A stretch of DNA of 64,000 bases from an uncultured Staphylococcaceae bacterium (GCA_964654155.1 CAZZGL010000001.1:34426-98425), one strand, 5' to 3'. Shown: positions 26,921-37,964, counted from the stretch's first letter. Numbers and translations: made by a program. The notes: generated from the sequence alone by a model not told the origin.

Positions 26921-29422
26921 ATGGCAAAAGAAAAAAAAGAACCAAAAGTAAATAAAGATGGGGTATTATCGAAAGATGCAGAAACTATTTTAGTCGGATT
27001 AATGCTTTCTCTAGTTTCGTTAATTGGACTGCTTAATAAAGGACCAATTGGACAATTTTTAACATTTGTTGCGGTTTATTTATTTGGTGTATTTTATTTT
27101 GTGGCTTTTTTAATACTTTTGTACATTGGAATATATTTAACATTTAAACGTAAAATGTTCAAATTAAAAATTGATATAACTCTTTTAGGAATAATTTTAT
27201 TATCTCTTGGAATAATGATTGCATCTTCACAATCAAATGGAGAATTAATTACTCTAAATAATGTTTTTACAAAATTTTCAAGACAAGTTAGAGATATTTC
27301 TGATGGTTTTTTAATAAAAGATATTGTTAAAGTTGAACAAACAGGTGGAGGACTAATTGGCTATTTTTTAACAGCAGTATTAAATACATCTATTACTAGC
27401 ACAGGAACATTGATTGTTTCTTTAGTTTTGATGGTTGCTGGTTTAGTTCTCGCTCTTTATCGTCCTTCTAAGGCGATAACTGGATTTATTAAAAAACATC
27501 AAGAAAAGCGTAAAGAAAGAAAAGCAAATGAAGAAGCAGAAAGATTAATAATTGAAGAAGAGGAAGAAAAACATGTAGAAAAAACTGAAAAAGATACAAG
27601 CTATGAATATACTTCTATAGATACAAGTCGACAAGCTTCAAAAGCGACATTTGTTTTTAGTAGTGCCACCCCTACATATGTGAAAAAAGAATCAACCGCG
27701 CTTGCAGATGATATTGAAGAAGAAGATAATTCTATAAAAACTGAAACAGCATTTGAAAACTTCGAAGAAGAAAAAATCGATGAAAATATTGAAACAATAC
27801 CTATTAGTCAAGAATTAGGCTCAATAACTCCAAAAGCTAGCAAAGTAACATACACACCTAGTGGGTCTTCATCTTTAACAACTACAACAAGGACTGTAGC
27901 AACACCAATTGTTAAAGGAGAAAAGAAAGTTAAATTACCAAAAAGAGAGTATACTTATCCAAGTTTAGACTTATTAAATGAATATGAAAACGCTCATGTG
28001 GATGAAGAAAATGAACGCATTTCGATAGAAAGGCAAGAACAAATTAATGCGATATTACAAGATTTTGGAATTGGGGCAACTATAACAGGGTTTAAAGTTG
28101 GACCATCGGTAACTCGTTTTGATTTGCTTACGAATAGAGATGTTTCTATTAATAGTGTCATTAAGTATATTGATGATATTGCTGTTCGTCTTGGTGGTAT
28201 GACTAACACAAGATTTGAAAAAGTAGTTAAAGGAAAATCGACATCTGGACTTGAAATACCTAATGCTCATGCAGTGACGGTTTCATTTAAAGAATGTATT
28301 TCTCCATATGTTGGCGACCCAAAAGCAAAATATAAAGTACCTTTTGGAAAAGATATTACAGGCGATGTTATCGGAGTTAATGTTACCGACTATCCGCATA
28401 TGTTAGTAGCGGGTTCAACCGGTTCAGGTAAATCGGTATTTATTCATAATTTAATTATGTCATTAATTATGAAAACAACACCAGATGAGCTTAAAATAAT
28501 GTTAATTGATCCAAAACGTGTTGAGATGAGTAAATATAAAGAAATGCCGCATTTACTTTGTCCAATTATTTCTGAATATGATCAATCAAAAGTTGCAATG
28601 AATAAATTAGTGGCAGAAATGGAAAGGCGTTATCAATTATTTGAAGATGCAGGTGTATCGAAAATTTCTCAATATAATGAATATGCTGAAGAAGAAGGAT
28701 TAGAACCACTTCCAATTATTGTTGTCGTTATTGATGAATACGCAGATTTAGTCGAAAATTGTAAGGATATTGCTTCTCCAGTTGTTAAAATTGCCGCAAA
28801 ATCAAGAGCTAGTGGTATTCATATGGTTATTTCTACGCAACGTCCTTCAGTTAATGTTATTACTGGTGTTATTAAAGCTAACCTTCCAACACGTGTTGCT
28901 TTGCGTGTGGCTTCAAGTGTTGATTCACAAACAATATTAGGTGAAGGTGGAGCGGAAGATTTATTAGGTTATGGTGATATGCTTGTTGATTGTCAAGATA
29001 TTCCTGGCCATGGATTTACAAGATTACAATGTGCATTCGTTGATAATAAAGAAATTCGCCGTGTTGTAGAATTTTTAAAACAAAATTATACAACTAAATA
29101 TGATCCTGAATTTACTGATTTAAAAGATCGTACGGCGATGGGACCTAGTTTTTTAGGAGGCGGAAATCAAGCTAGAGAACGTGATGAAAGATATGAAGAA
29201 GTAAAAGCTTTTGTTATGGATTTAGAAGAAGTATCTATTTCTGAAATTCAACGTAAAATGTATTTAGGATTTCCTAAAGCGGCAAGAATTATGGATCAAT
29301 TAGAAGAAGCAGGAGTTGTTGCTAAAGCAACAGGTAATGGTGGAAAACGAAAAGTTTTAATTCATAGCCAAGAGGCGTTAGCCGCTAAGGAAGGGGAAGA
29401 AAAAGATGATAGTGAATCTTAA
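26921..29422 (+). CDS. ftsK: DNA translocase FtsK/SpoIIIE
   Basis: The start was moved to the ATG at 26921, which follows GGAGAAG. N-terminal TM segments are followed by a long acidic linker. Motor motifs are AGSTGSGKS and VVVIDEYADL, and a C-terminal gamma (winged-helix) domain is present. Confidence 0.9.
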   Translation: MAKEKKEPKVNKDGVLSKDAETILVGLMLSLVSLIGLLNKGPIGQFLTFVAVYLFGVFYFVAFLILLYIGIYLTFKRKMFKLKIDITLLGIILLSLGIMIASSQSNGELITLNNVFTKFSRQVRDISDGFLIKDIVKVEQTGGGLIGYFLTAVLNTSITSTGTLIVSLVLMVAGLVLALYRPSKAITGFIKKHQEKRKERKANEEAERLIIEEEEEKHVEKTEKDTSYEYTSIDTSRQASKATFVFSSATPTYVKKESTALADDIEEEDNSIKTETAFENFEEEKIDENIETIPISQELGSITPKASKVTYTPSGSSSLTTTTRTVATPIVKGEKKVKLPKREYTYPSLDLLNEYENAHVDEENERISIERQEQINAILQDFGIGATITGFKVGPSVTRFDLLTNRDVSINSVIKYIDDIAVRLGGMTNTRFEKVVKGKSTSGLEIPNAHAVTVSFKECISPYVGDPKAKYKVPFGKDITGDVIGVNVTDYPHMLVAGSTGSGKSVFIHNLIMSLIMKTTPDELKIMLIDPKRVEMSKYKEMPHLLCPIISEYDQSKVAMNKLVAEMERRYQLFEDAGVSKISQYNEYAEEEGLEPLPIIVVVIDEYADLVENCKDIASPVVKIAAKSRASGIHMVISTQRPSVNVITGVIKANLPTRVALRVASSVDSQTILGEGGAEDLLGYGDMLVDCQDIPGHGFTRLQCAFVDNKEIRRVVEFLKQNYTTKYDPEFTDLKDRTAMGPSFLGGGNQARERDERYEEVKAFVMDLEEVSISEIQRKMYLGFPKAARIMDQLEEAGVVAKATGNGGKRKVLIHSQEALAAKEGEEKDDSES

Positions 29423-30605
29423 AGATAAGAGATTTCATACAAATTTGATTTCTATCTACTCAGTTTTGCCTTATAAATGTGAATATTTACCTGTTTTAGT
29501 TTTGTTAAAGAAAATTTTAGTCAATAGAGCAAAAGGATATAAAAATCAACAAGAAATAGTCAATGAAAATGAAAATTTATATGGTTTTCCTTATTCTATG
29601 AATTATTCATTAGTGGAAAATAATATTTTTGTAATCATAAATTTTAATGTTATTGATGAAAAGTATGTTAATGACAAAAAATTATTAAATAAAACGATAA
29701 AATTTATATATAAGTTATTTTATGAATTTTATGAGGGTCGATTTACTAAAAAAATAATTAAGGAACAAAAAGAAATTGTCGCTAATCAACTAGCGGAAAT
29801 ATTTAATCGTCCAAACTATATTGCTAGAGAAGGATTATATAAAGCTTTAGATGAAAATTGGCTTCTTTCAGTGCCTCTTTATGGAACCGTAGAAGAAGTT
29901 TTGAATGTTACAAAGGAAGATTTAATTAAAGTTCATCAAGAAATTATTTTAGCTGAAAAAGCTTGCTTTGTTGTTGGACCAATCAATAAAAATAAAATTG
30001 AAAAATCTTTAAATAAATACTTTACATTTAATGCAAAAATGCCATTATTTTCAGAATATAGAAGAAGTACAAATGATGTAGTGGAAGTGATTCAAGAAAA
30101 GAAAATAAATCAAACGGTTATTCAAATAGGATTTATATTAGATGAAGAAATGAATCGCTTCGAGGCAACAATTTTAAATGCATTAATCGGTGGATTAGGA
30201 ACTAGTCGATTATTTAAAGAAATCAGAGAAAAAAGAGGATTATGTTATAGTATTTCTTCTTCTTTAAGTCGATATAATAGAATGCTATTTATTTCTTCAG
30301 GTATTGATGCTTCAAATATAGATATTGCTAAAAATTCTATTAAAGAAGTATTAGGAAATTTGAAATTTACAGCAAAAGAATTAAAACAAGCCATTTCTAT
30401 TATTAATTCTTCATTAATTTCAAGTTTGGATAATTCAGAATTATTGCTTAATGACTTAGTACGAGCGACTAGAATGAATGAAGAATGGAATTATAAAGAA
30501 ACAATTAAAGGATTTAAAAATGTTTCATTAAGTCGAATTAATTACTTAGCAAGTAAATTGGTTTATCAAGGAATATTTGTTTTAAAAGGAGTAATCAATA
30601 TATGA
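29406..30605 (+). CDS. Insulinase (M16) family protein lacking the zinc motif; probable non-catalytic partner (YmfF-like)
   Basis: M16-like length and C-terminal half (GGLGTSRLFKEIREKRGLCYSI) but no HxxEH. It overlaps the ftsK end by 17 nt and the next M16 gene by 4 nt. Confidence 0.65.
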   Translation: MIVNLKDKRFHTNLISIYSVLPYKCEYLPVLVLLKKILVNRAKGYKNQQEIVNENENLYGFPYSMNYSLVENNIFVIINFNVIDEKYVNDKKLLNKTIKFIYKLFYEFYEGRFTKKIIKEQKEIVANQLAEIFNRPNYIAREGLYKALDENWLLSVPLYGTVEEVLNVTKEDLIKVHQEIILAEKACFVVGPINKNKIEKSLNKYFTFNAKMPLFSEYRRSTNDVVEVIQEKKINQTVIQIGFILDEEMNRFEATILNALIGGLGTSRLFKEIREKRGLCYSISSSLSRYNRMLFISSGIDASNIDIAKNSIKEVLGNLKFTAKELKQAISIINSSLISSLDNSELLLNDLVRATRMNEEWNYKETIKGFKNVSLSRINYLASKLVYQGIFVLKGVINI

Positions 30606-31849
30606 GCTCACTATGGAAAGAAGAAAATATCGTTTTAAAAAATGGTTTAAATGTGACTGTTATATATTTAAAAGGAACCCATTCTTTTGTTAGCTATATA
30701 GCCGCACCTATTGGTGCATTAGCGACTTCATATACAATTGATGATAAACCGACTCCTTCAGGAATGGCTCATTTTTTAGAGCATCGGTTATTTGATACTC
30801 CTAAAGGCGATGCTTTTGAATTATTTACTAATTTAGGTTGCGATTCTAATGCTTATACAACATATCAATACACAACTTATTATTTTGAAACTTCATCTTC
30901 TTTAATTGATGGTATAAAAATTCTTCTAGAAATGACTAATGAATTAACATTTGATGAAAAGTCAGTAGAAAAAGAAAAGCCAATTATTATTGAAGAATTA
31001 CATATGGGACTAGATCGGCCAAATTCCCGTTTAAGAAATGAATTATATAAGAATTTATTTAAAGTGAGTCCTATAAAAGATGAAATTGTTGGTAGTGAGG
31101 AAAGTATTAATAAGATAACATTAGAAGATTTAAAAAGAGTTTTTAATGCTTATTATGCTAAAGATAAACTTCGCTTGTTTTTAATAGGGGACATTAATCA
31201 AAATATTTTAGAACAAATTGGAAATATAGAATTAAAAGACTCTTCAACTACATATGAAATAAAAAAGATAGTGGAAGAAGATGAAAAGATAGTTTCAAAA
31301 GAAGGAGTAACATATATGGATGTGCCTCTTCCTTTAATTACTACTGGTGCTAAATGTTTAAACATTCAAAAGAAAATGAATCTTGATAATGAAACATATG
31401 AGGCATTAAGAGAAGTTACAAGTGCTTTACTTTTCTCAGATTCAGAGAAATTAGTTAAAGAAATGTATAAAAGTGGATTAATTAGTTCACCAATATATGG
31501 TAATATACAACATGTTGATAATTTAAGTATTATTCAATTATCGACTTCGTCTTTTAAAATAAAAGCTATTCAAAGTAAATTTATTCATTTCTTTGAACAT
31601 ATTGAAGAATATGTTAATAAAGATAGTGTAGAAAGAATTATTCGTTATGTAAAAGGAAGTAACTTATATATTCTTGATGATATATCTAGTTTCTCATATT
31701 TGGTAGTGTCTAATGCCATGCAAGGAATTAACTATCAAAAAGAAATTAAAGCTTTAGATAGCATTACCTATGAAATGATTATTGCGTATTTAAAAGAATG
31801 GAAAAATGTTGAAGTATGTACCCACATTATCAAAAAGGAGTCTAATTAA
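30602..31849 (+). CDS. Zinc peptidase, M16 family (YmfH-like)
   Basis: Inverted zinc motif HFLEH near the N-terminus; paired with the preceding M16-like gene. Confidence 0.8.
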   Translation: MSSLWKEENIVLKNGLNVTVIYLKGTHSFVSYIAAPIGALATSYTIDDKPTPSGMAHFLEHRLFDTPKGDAFELFTNLGCDSNAYTTYQYTTYYFETSSSLIDGIKILLEMTNELTFDEKSVEKEKPIIIEELHMGLDRPNSRLRNELYKNLFKVSPIKDEIVGSEESINKITLEDLKRVFNAYYAKDKLRLFLIGDINQNILEQIGNIELKDSSTTYEIKKIVEEDEKIVSKEGVTYMDVPLPLITTGAKCLNIQKKMNLDNETYEALREVTSALLFSDSEKLVKEMYKSGLISSPIYGNIQHVDNLSIIQLSTSSFKIKAIQSKFIHFFEHIEEYVNKDSVERIIRYVKGSNLYILDDISSFSYLVVSNAMQGINYQKEIKALDSITYEMIIAYLKEWKNVEVCTHIIKKESN

Positions 31850-31850
31850 T

Positions 31851-32171
31851 ATGGAAATAGGTGTTGATATAGTCTATATTCCTCGATTAGAAGGAAGAGA
31901 TGATTTGGCTCAAAAAATATTAAGTGAAGAAGAATATGAAATATATTGTTCACGAATTGACAAAGCTTTCTTTTTAGCGGGTCGTTTTGCTTGCCGAGAA
32001 GCTTTTGTAAAAGCAAATAAAGGACAAATTGATTTTCATCAATTTAATAAAATAAGAGTTTTATACGATGCATTTAACGCTCCTTATTTAATGTATGAAG
32101 ATCATAAATATGCGGTTTCAATTGCACATGATAAAGATTATGCAATTGCGGTTGTAATGGTAGAAAGGTAG
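31851..32171 (+). CDS. acpS: Holo-[acyl-carrier-protein] synthase
   Basis: The start was moved to the ATG at 31851, just after the upstream stop. MEIGVDIVYIPR...FAGRFACREAFVKA is the AcpS pattern. Confidence 0.85.
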   Translation: MEIGVDIVYIPRLEGRDDLAQKILSEEEYEIYCSRIDKAFFLAGRFACREAFVKANKGQIDFHQFNKIRVLYDAFNAPYLMYEDHKYAVSIAHDKDYAIAVVMVER

Positions 32172-32176
32172 TTATT

Positions 32177-34312
32177 ATGGTTGAGTTTGTTGCTAAATGT
32201 ATTAATTTATATAATATAAAAGTTGAATTGAAGTATGATTCAAGTGATTTACCATTAAAAAAAGTGTTTACATTGATAGAAGATGGAATTGCTAAAGAAG
32301 TTCCTCTTATTATTAAAGAAAAACCAAGTAATTCTTTAGTGGAATATGAGTTAAAATTAAATAATCCTTTAGTACTAGGTCATGATTATAAATTATCTGA
32401 TGAAAATTACCAAGTTACGTCTCTTATTACACTTCCTCTTTTAGAAGAAGATTTTTTTGATGAACTTTATACCTATAATGAACATGATTTAGGTATCACT
32501 TATTATGAAGATCACTGCGAATTTAAATTGTGGTCTCCTTTATCAAGCTCCGCTAAAGTTGTTTATATTATAAATGATACGACTCATGAAGTTAAAATGA
32601 TACGATTAGATAAAGGTATTTATTATGCTTCAATTAAAGGAAATTTGGAATTAGCAAGATATCAATATCAAGTGATTATTGATGGAGAAGAACGAATCTC
32701 ACCAGACCCATACGCAATTGCATCGACACAAAATGGAACTCATTCTGTTGTTGTCTCCTTAGAAAAAACTAGAAAAATACCAAAAAACAGCGAATATTTG
32801 CCAGAATTTAAAAAATATACCGATGCAATTATATATGAAACAAGTGTACGAGATTTAACTATTTATCCAGATACTGATGTTGTGCATAAAGGTCGTTTTT
32901 TAGGCGTGATTGAAAAAGGAAGACGCTCATCTTCTGGAGCTTTAGTGGGGTTAGATCATTTAATAAAATTAGGAATTACTCATTTACAATTATTACCGAT
33001 TTTTGATTTTGCTACAGTTGATGAAACAGATCCTCAACGATTATATAACTGGGGATATGATCCTGCTCAATATAATGTTCCAGAAGGAAGTTATGCTTCA
33101 AATTTAGAAGACCCATATTCACGAATTATAGATTTAAAAACGATGATTAGTGAATTGCATAAAAATGGAATTAGAGTCAATATGGATGTTGTTTATAATC
33201 ATATGTTTGATCGCATTAAATCACCATTTGAAGTATTATGTCCTGGATATTATTTTAGAAAAGATAAAAATGGAAATTTGTCAAATGGCTCCTTTTGTGG
33301 AAATGATTTAGCAACTGATAAACCGATGGTTAGAAATTTTATTGTTGATTCATGTTTATATTGGCTTCAAGAATATGGAATTGATGGTTTTCGGTTTGAT
33401 TTAATGGGAATTATTGATATCGATACAATGAATATTATTTTAGAAAAATGTAAAAAATTAAGACCTGATTTTATGATTTATGGTGAAGGATGGAACATGC
33501 CTACCTTTTTACCAGATGAACAAAAATCGATGATGGGTAATGCTGATAGATTACCTAATATTGCTTTCTTTAATGATGCATTTAGAGATGTTGCTAAAGG
33601 TAAAACCGGTGAATCGGAAGAAGCAATAAAAGGTTACTTATTAGGACAAGAGAATTATATTGAAGGATTTAAATTTGTTTATATGGGATCTTCTATTGAT
33701 TATTGCTTTTCACCGATGTTTAATTCTTTTGCACAAAGTATAAATTATGTTGAATGTCATGATAACGCTACATTGTATGATAAAATACAGGTTGCTTGTC
33801 AAAGTGAAAGCCATGAACAAAGATTAAGACGTGTTACTTTAATTAATGAAGTAATTATGTTATCATATGGTATTCCGTTTATTCATATGGGTCAAGAAGT
33901 TGGTTTAACTAAATATCGCATGCACAATTCATATTGTTCAGGCGATAAATATAATCAATTTGATTATCAAAAGCTAACTGACCGAAAATGGATGGTAAAA
34001 TGTATGAATGATATTATTCAAATTAGAAAAATGTTTCCTTTCCTTAGATATGAAAATAAAGAAGATTTACAAGGATTATTTAGATTTGAAAATCTTGATA
34101 ATGGTGGTTTATTAATTGATTTTATCGATGAAGAAAAAATTGCCCCTTATAAAAATTTTAAAATATTTATTAACCCAAGCGTTAGAACTATTTATTATAA
34201 TTTACAAGAATATTATCAAGTATTATTTAATGAAGCTGGTCGATTAAAAGATGAAATGTATTCACAATCTTTAATGATTAATGGTTTGACAGTTGTAATA
34301 GTTGCAAAATAA
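32177..34312 (+). CDS. Type I pullulanase / debranching enzyme (GH13), no signal peptide
   Basis: GH13 conserved regions DVVYNH, GFRFDLMG, YGEGWN and YVECHDN, with the pullulanase-type YNWGYDP motif. Confidence 0.85.
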   Translation: MVEFVAKCINLYNIKVELKYDSSDLPLKKVFTLIEDGIAKEVPLIIKEKPSNSLVEYELKLNNPLVLGHDYKLSDENYQVTSLITLPLLEEDFFDELYTYNEHDLGITYYEDHCEFKLWSPLSSSAKVVYIINDTTHEVKMIRLDKGIYYASIKGNLELARYQYQVIIDGEERISPDPYAIASTQNGTHSVVVSLEKTRKIPKNSEYLPEFKKYTDAIIYETSVRDLTIYPDTDVVHKGRFLGVIEKGRRSSSGALVGLDHLIKLGITHLQLLPIFDFATVDETDPQRLYNWGYDPAQYNVPEGSYASNLEDPYSRIIDLKTMISELHKNGIRVNMDVVYNHMFDRIKSPFEVLCPGYYFRKDKNGNLSNGSFCGNDLATDKPMVRNFIVDSCLYWLQEYGIDGFRFDLMGIIDIDTMNIILEKCKKLRPDFMIYGEGWNMPTFLPDEQKSMMGNADRLPNIAFFNDAFRDVAKGKTGESEEAIKGYLLGQENYIEGFKFVYMGSSIDYCFSPMFNSFAQSINYVECHDNATLYDKIQVACQSESHEQRLRRVTLINEVIMLSYGIPFIHMGQEVGLTKYRMHNSYCSGDKYNQFDYQKLTDRKWMVKCMNDIIQIRKMFPFLRYENKEDLQGLFRFENLDNGGLLIDFIDEEKIAPYKNFKIFINPSVRTIYYNLQEYYQVLFNEAGRLKDEMYSQSLMINGLTVVIVAK

Positions 34313-34347
34313 ATTAAAACTCAAAAATAAAAAGGGAAGTGGTATTA

Positions 34348-35136
34348 ATGAAATATCCTGGTTATATCGCTCGTGTTGGTTGGCCAATTGTTTCAAGTTA
34401 TTGGTGGATGAGAAAATATGCAAAACATCCAGAAAAATATACAATGGAAGAAAAGTATAATCGTCTTCGGAAATTAGTTTCAAAGGTGGCAAAAGGTTTA
34501 AATTTAGAAATATATGTTAATGGACTTGATAATATTCCTCAAGATGGACATTCATTTATTATTACTCCTAATCATTTATCAATGTTTGACCCATTTTTAC
34601 TTTTTATGTATGTAACTACGCCTTTATCTTTTGTTGCAAAAAAGCAAGTAATTAGATTTCCATTTGTAGGTAAATGTATGAAGTTATTAGAAGGTGTATT
34701 TCTAGATCGAGATGATTTAAGACAAAATTTAAGAATAATGCGTCATATAACAGAGACTTTAAAAAATGATACCAATAGTTGGGTCATTTATCCTGAAGGA
34801 ACAAGAACAAAGAATGATGATTATTCAATGAATGAAATGAAACCAGGTTCGTTTAAAATGGCTCTTGATAGTGAAAAGACAATTCTTCCAGTTGCTTTTT
34901 ATGGAACATTTAGGGTATTATCAACAAAATATAAGAATAAAATAAATCCAATTCAAGTGTCATTTTTAGAACCCTTAACTCCAGAACAATTTAAAGATTT
35001 AAAAACGGTGGAAGTAGCTTCTATTATTCAAAAAAGAGTGGAAGATGAACTAAAAATATTAAAAGAGCAAGATGCTCAATTAATGGAAGAAATAACAAGA
35101 AGAAAAAAGCATAAAAAAAGGACTAAGAACGCATAA
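34348..35136 (+). CDS. plsC: 1-acyl-sn-glycerol-3-phosphate acyltransferase
   Basis: The start was moved to the ATG at 34348, which follows AGGGAAGTGG. Motifs are NHLSMFD (HX4D) and YPEGTR. Confidence 0.85.
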   Translation: MKYPGYIARVGWPIVSSYWWMRKYAKHPEKYTMEEKYNRLRKLVSKVAKGLNLEIYVNGLDNIPQDGHSFIITPNHLSMFDPFLLFMYVTTPLSFVAKKQVIRFPFVGKCMKLLEGVFLDRDDLRQNLRIMRHITETLKNDTNSWVIYPEGTRTKNDDYSMNEMKPGSFKMALDSEKTILPVAFYGTFRVLSTKYKNKINPIQVSFLEPLTPEQFKDLKTVEVASIIQKRVEDELKILKEQDAQLMEEITRRKKHKKRTKNA

Positions 35137-35150
35137 TTCTTAGTTTTTTT
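35122..35150 (+). terminator. Rho-independent terminator overlapping the plsC stop
   Basis: ACTAAGAA-loop-TTCTTAGT followed by TTTTTT. Confidence 0.7.
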
Positions 35151-35200
35151 AATACTTTATTAATGCTGTATTAAGTTTAAGTTAAGTTTTGAGTTATTTA

Positions 35201-35229
35201 TTGACAGTGATTTTTAATTAAGATAATAT
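35201..35229 (+). promoter_or_regulatory. Sigma-A type promoter of the fused ABC exporter gene
   Basis: TTGACA (35201-35206), a 17-nt spacer, then TAATAT (35224-35229). Confidence 0.6.
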
Positions 35230-35260
35230 CTTAATATGCTTTTAAAAGGAGGTAAAAATT

Positions 35261-37927
35261 ATGTTAAAACTTAAACAAATTAAGAAAGATTATATTGTCG
35301 CTGACACGGTTGTTCACGCACTTAAGGGGATTGATATTTCTTTTAGAAAAAATGAATTTGTTTCAATACTTGGTCCTTCTGGATGTGGTAAAACGACATT
35401 ATTAAATATTATTGGAGGTCTTGATCATTATACAAGTGGAGATATGTTTATCGATAATATTTCCACACGCGATTTTAAAGATGGTGATTGGGATACTTAT
35501 CGAAATCATCGAATTGGATTTGTCTTTCAAAGTTATAATTTAATACCTCATCAAACTGTATTAGAAAATGTTGAATTAGCTTTAACTATTGGAGGAGTGT
35601 CTAAAGAAGAAAGAATAAAACGCGCAAAAGCGGCTTTAGATAAAGTTGGCTTATCGGATCAATATAATAAGAAACCTAATCAATTATCTGGAGGTCAATG
35701 TCAACGAGTTGCTATTGCTAGAGCCTTAGTAAATGAACCAGATATTTTACTTGCTGATGAACCAACAGGGGCTTTAGACACAAAAACCTCTATTCAAATA
35801 ATGGAATTAATTAAAGAGATATCTAAAGATCGTCTTGTTATTATGGTAACTCATAATCCAGAATTAGCTAATGAATATAGCACTAGAATTATTAATTTAT
35901 TAGATGGCAAAATTACTTCTGATAGTAATCCATATGATTATGAAGTTGATAAATATGAAGTAAAACAAAAAGAAAAGAAATCTAAATTATCATTTTGGAC
36001 AGGTTTTAAATTATCAGCGAGAAATTTAAAATCAAAATTTAAAAGAACAGCGATGGTTTGTTTTGCCGGTTCAATCGGTATAATTGGAGTAGCGACAGTG
36101 TTATCAGTCTCAACAGGGGTAACAAATTATGTAAATAAAATGCAAGATGATATGTTATCTGGTAATCCGATTACAATTAAAGAGCAAACAATGAGCTTTG
36201 ATTTGCTATTAGAAGGAATGGAAACAGGACAAAAGAATCAATTAATTAAAGATTCTATAGAAGATGGAAAAGTTAATGTTCAATTTCTTATAAACACTCT
36301 TGTTGAAAGAAGTAAATTAACTGAAAATATGATGGTGAGCAATGATATTACTCAAGAGTATATTGATTATTTATATGATATGCCTAGTGAATATTATTCA
36401 GCAATTGCTACATATTATGGAATTAATGTACGAAATAATATCTATACCGATATTAATATAGATAAGTATGGACAAAAAAATATGTCTTTAACTGCAATTG
36501 AGAGCATGTATACAAATATGCTTAAGGAAACGGACTTAAAGGATTATGCTTCGATTATTTCTCAAGTTACCAATAGCTTTGAACAATATCCAAATAATAT
36601 CGATTTTATTAAGAGTCAATATGATATTATATCTGATGCAGAAACAAGTTATTTTGCTACAGAGGCAAATGAATTAATGATTGTTGTTAGTGACGATACT
36701 GAATTAACGGATATATTACTTGGTCAATTAGGATATTATACTCAAGATGAATTCTTTAACATTTCATATAAAGCATCGGAAAGTGATAAATATAATTCTT
36801 CATTAGATAAAGAAAAATTTACTTATGAAGAGTTATTAGGAAAAACTTTTACCTATTATCCTAATAACACTGTTTATACAAAGAATAATAATTTAACAGA
36901 TTTTACAAAGCCATTATCCACTACTAATCCATTTTTCTATTCAGGATATGAAAATGAAAATTGGGATAATGGTATTGAATTTAAGATTACCGCAATATTA
37001 AGAGCAAAAGATGATATTAGTTATGGATGTTTACAAAGTGGAGTATATTATACTCCTGCATTTACAAAAAAAGTTATTTTAGATAATCTAGAATCGGAAA
37101 TTTGTCAATATGCATCAAGTGTTGATGGTAACACAATTACATCTATGGCATATACCGATCCTAATAGTGGTACAACTATATCATATGGAATAACTTATGA
37201 GTTAGATTATTCTTTTGAAAATAATGATTATAATAATGTTACTTGTTTTGTCGGAACAAATTCAATGATTGGTGCTTTGCTTGGTAATAATTCTTATAGC
37301 ATAACTCTTCGTGAACTGGGTGGCATTAATTTGCCTAATGAATTAGCTGTTTATCCTTATGATTTTGAATATAAAGATGAAGTTACTTCATATCTTGATC
37401 AATGGAATTCTGATAATGATATTGTAGTAAATGGAGTAACACTTACCCATGAAAATCGAAATGATATTATCTATACAGATACTTTAGCAATTGTCATTTC
37501 ATTAATTACAACAATGATTGATATTGTGACTTATGCTTTAGTGGCATTTACAGCATTATCGCTTGTTGTTTCAACAGTAATGATTGCAATTATAACATAT
37601 GTTTCAGTTATCGAACGTGTTAAAGAAATAGGTGTTATTAGATCACTTGGAGGACGCAAAAAAGATGTTTCTAGATTATTTAATTCGGAATCATTTATTA
37701 TTGGAGGCCTTTCAGGATTAATTGGAATAGGAGTAACATACTTATTATCAGGATTAATTAATTTAATTGTTGGTTCATTAAGTGGCATCTACACAATTGC
37801 AACATTACCAATTAATATAGCGATTACAATGATTATTATTAGTATTTTATTAACTTCTATTTCTGGATTAGTTCCAGCAAGAATTGCTTCTAAAAAAGAT
37901 CCAGTCGTAGCATTAAGGACTGAATAA
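35261..37927 (+). CDS. Fused ABC ATPase + FtsX/MacB-type permease with very large extracytoplasmic domain
   Basis: The N-terminal ATPase has GPSGCGKTT, LSGGQCQRVAIARAL and LLADEPT. One TM lies at about aa 265, followed by ~450 aa predicted outside. The C-terminal FtsX-type TM bundle reads EIGVIRSLGGRKKDV... Confidence 0.85.
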   Translation: MLKLKQIKKDYIVADTVVHALKGIDISFRKNEFVSILGPSGCGKTTLLNIIGGLDHYTSGDMFIDNISTRDFKDGDWDTYRNHRIGFVFQSYNLIPHQTVLENVELALTIGGVSKEERIKRAKAALDKVGLSDQYNKKPNQLSGGQCQRVAIARALVNEPDILLADEPTGALDTKTSIQIMELIKEISKDRLVIMVTHNPELANEYSTRIINLLDGKITSDSNPYDYEVDKYEVKQKEKKSKLSFWTGFKLSARNLKSKFKRTAMVCFAGSIGIIGVATVLSVSTGVTNYVNKMQDDMLSGNPITIKEQTMSFDLLLEGMETGQKNQLIKDSIEDGKVNVQFLINTLVERSKLTENMMVSNDITQEYIDYLYDMPSEYYSAIATYYGINVRNNIYTDINIDKYGQKNMSLTAIESMYTNMLKETDLKDYASIISQVTNSFEQYPNNIDFIKSQYDIISDAETSYFATEANELMIVVSDDTELTDILLGQLGYYTQDEFFNISYKASESDKYNSSLDKEKFTYEELLGKTFTYYPNNTVYTKNNNLTDFTKPLSTTNPFFYSGYENENWDNGIEFKITAILRAKDDISYGCLQSGVYYTPAFTKKVILDNLESEICQYASSVDGNTITSMAYTDPNSGTTISYGITYELDYSFENNDYNNVTCFVGTNSMIGALLGNNSYSITLRELGGINLPNELAVYPYDFEYKDEVTSYLDQWNSDNDIVVNGVTLTHENRNDIIYTDTLAIVISLITTMIDIVTYALVAFTALSLVVSTVMIAIITYVSVIERVKEIGVIRSLGGRKKDVSRLFNSESFIIGGLSGLIGIGVTYLLSGLINLIVGSLSGIYTIATLPINIAITMIIISILLTSISGLVPARIASKKDPVVALRTE

Positions 37928-37935
37928 AATAAAAT

Positions 37936-37964
37936 AACCATCGAGTTTATTCGGTGGTTTTTTT
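37936..37964. terminator. Bidirectional terminator between convergent ABC and rsmF-like genes
   Basis: AACCATCGA-GTTTAT-TCGGTGGTT stem flanked by an A-rich run upstream and TTTTTTT downstream. Confidence 0.7.
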
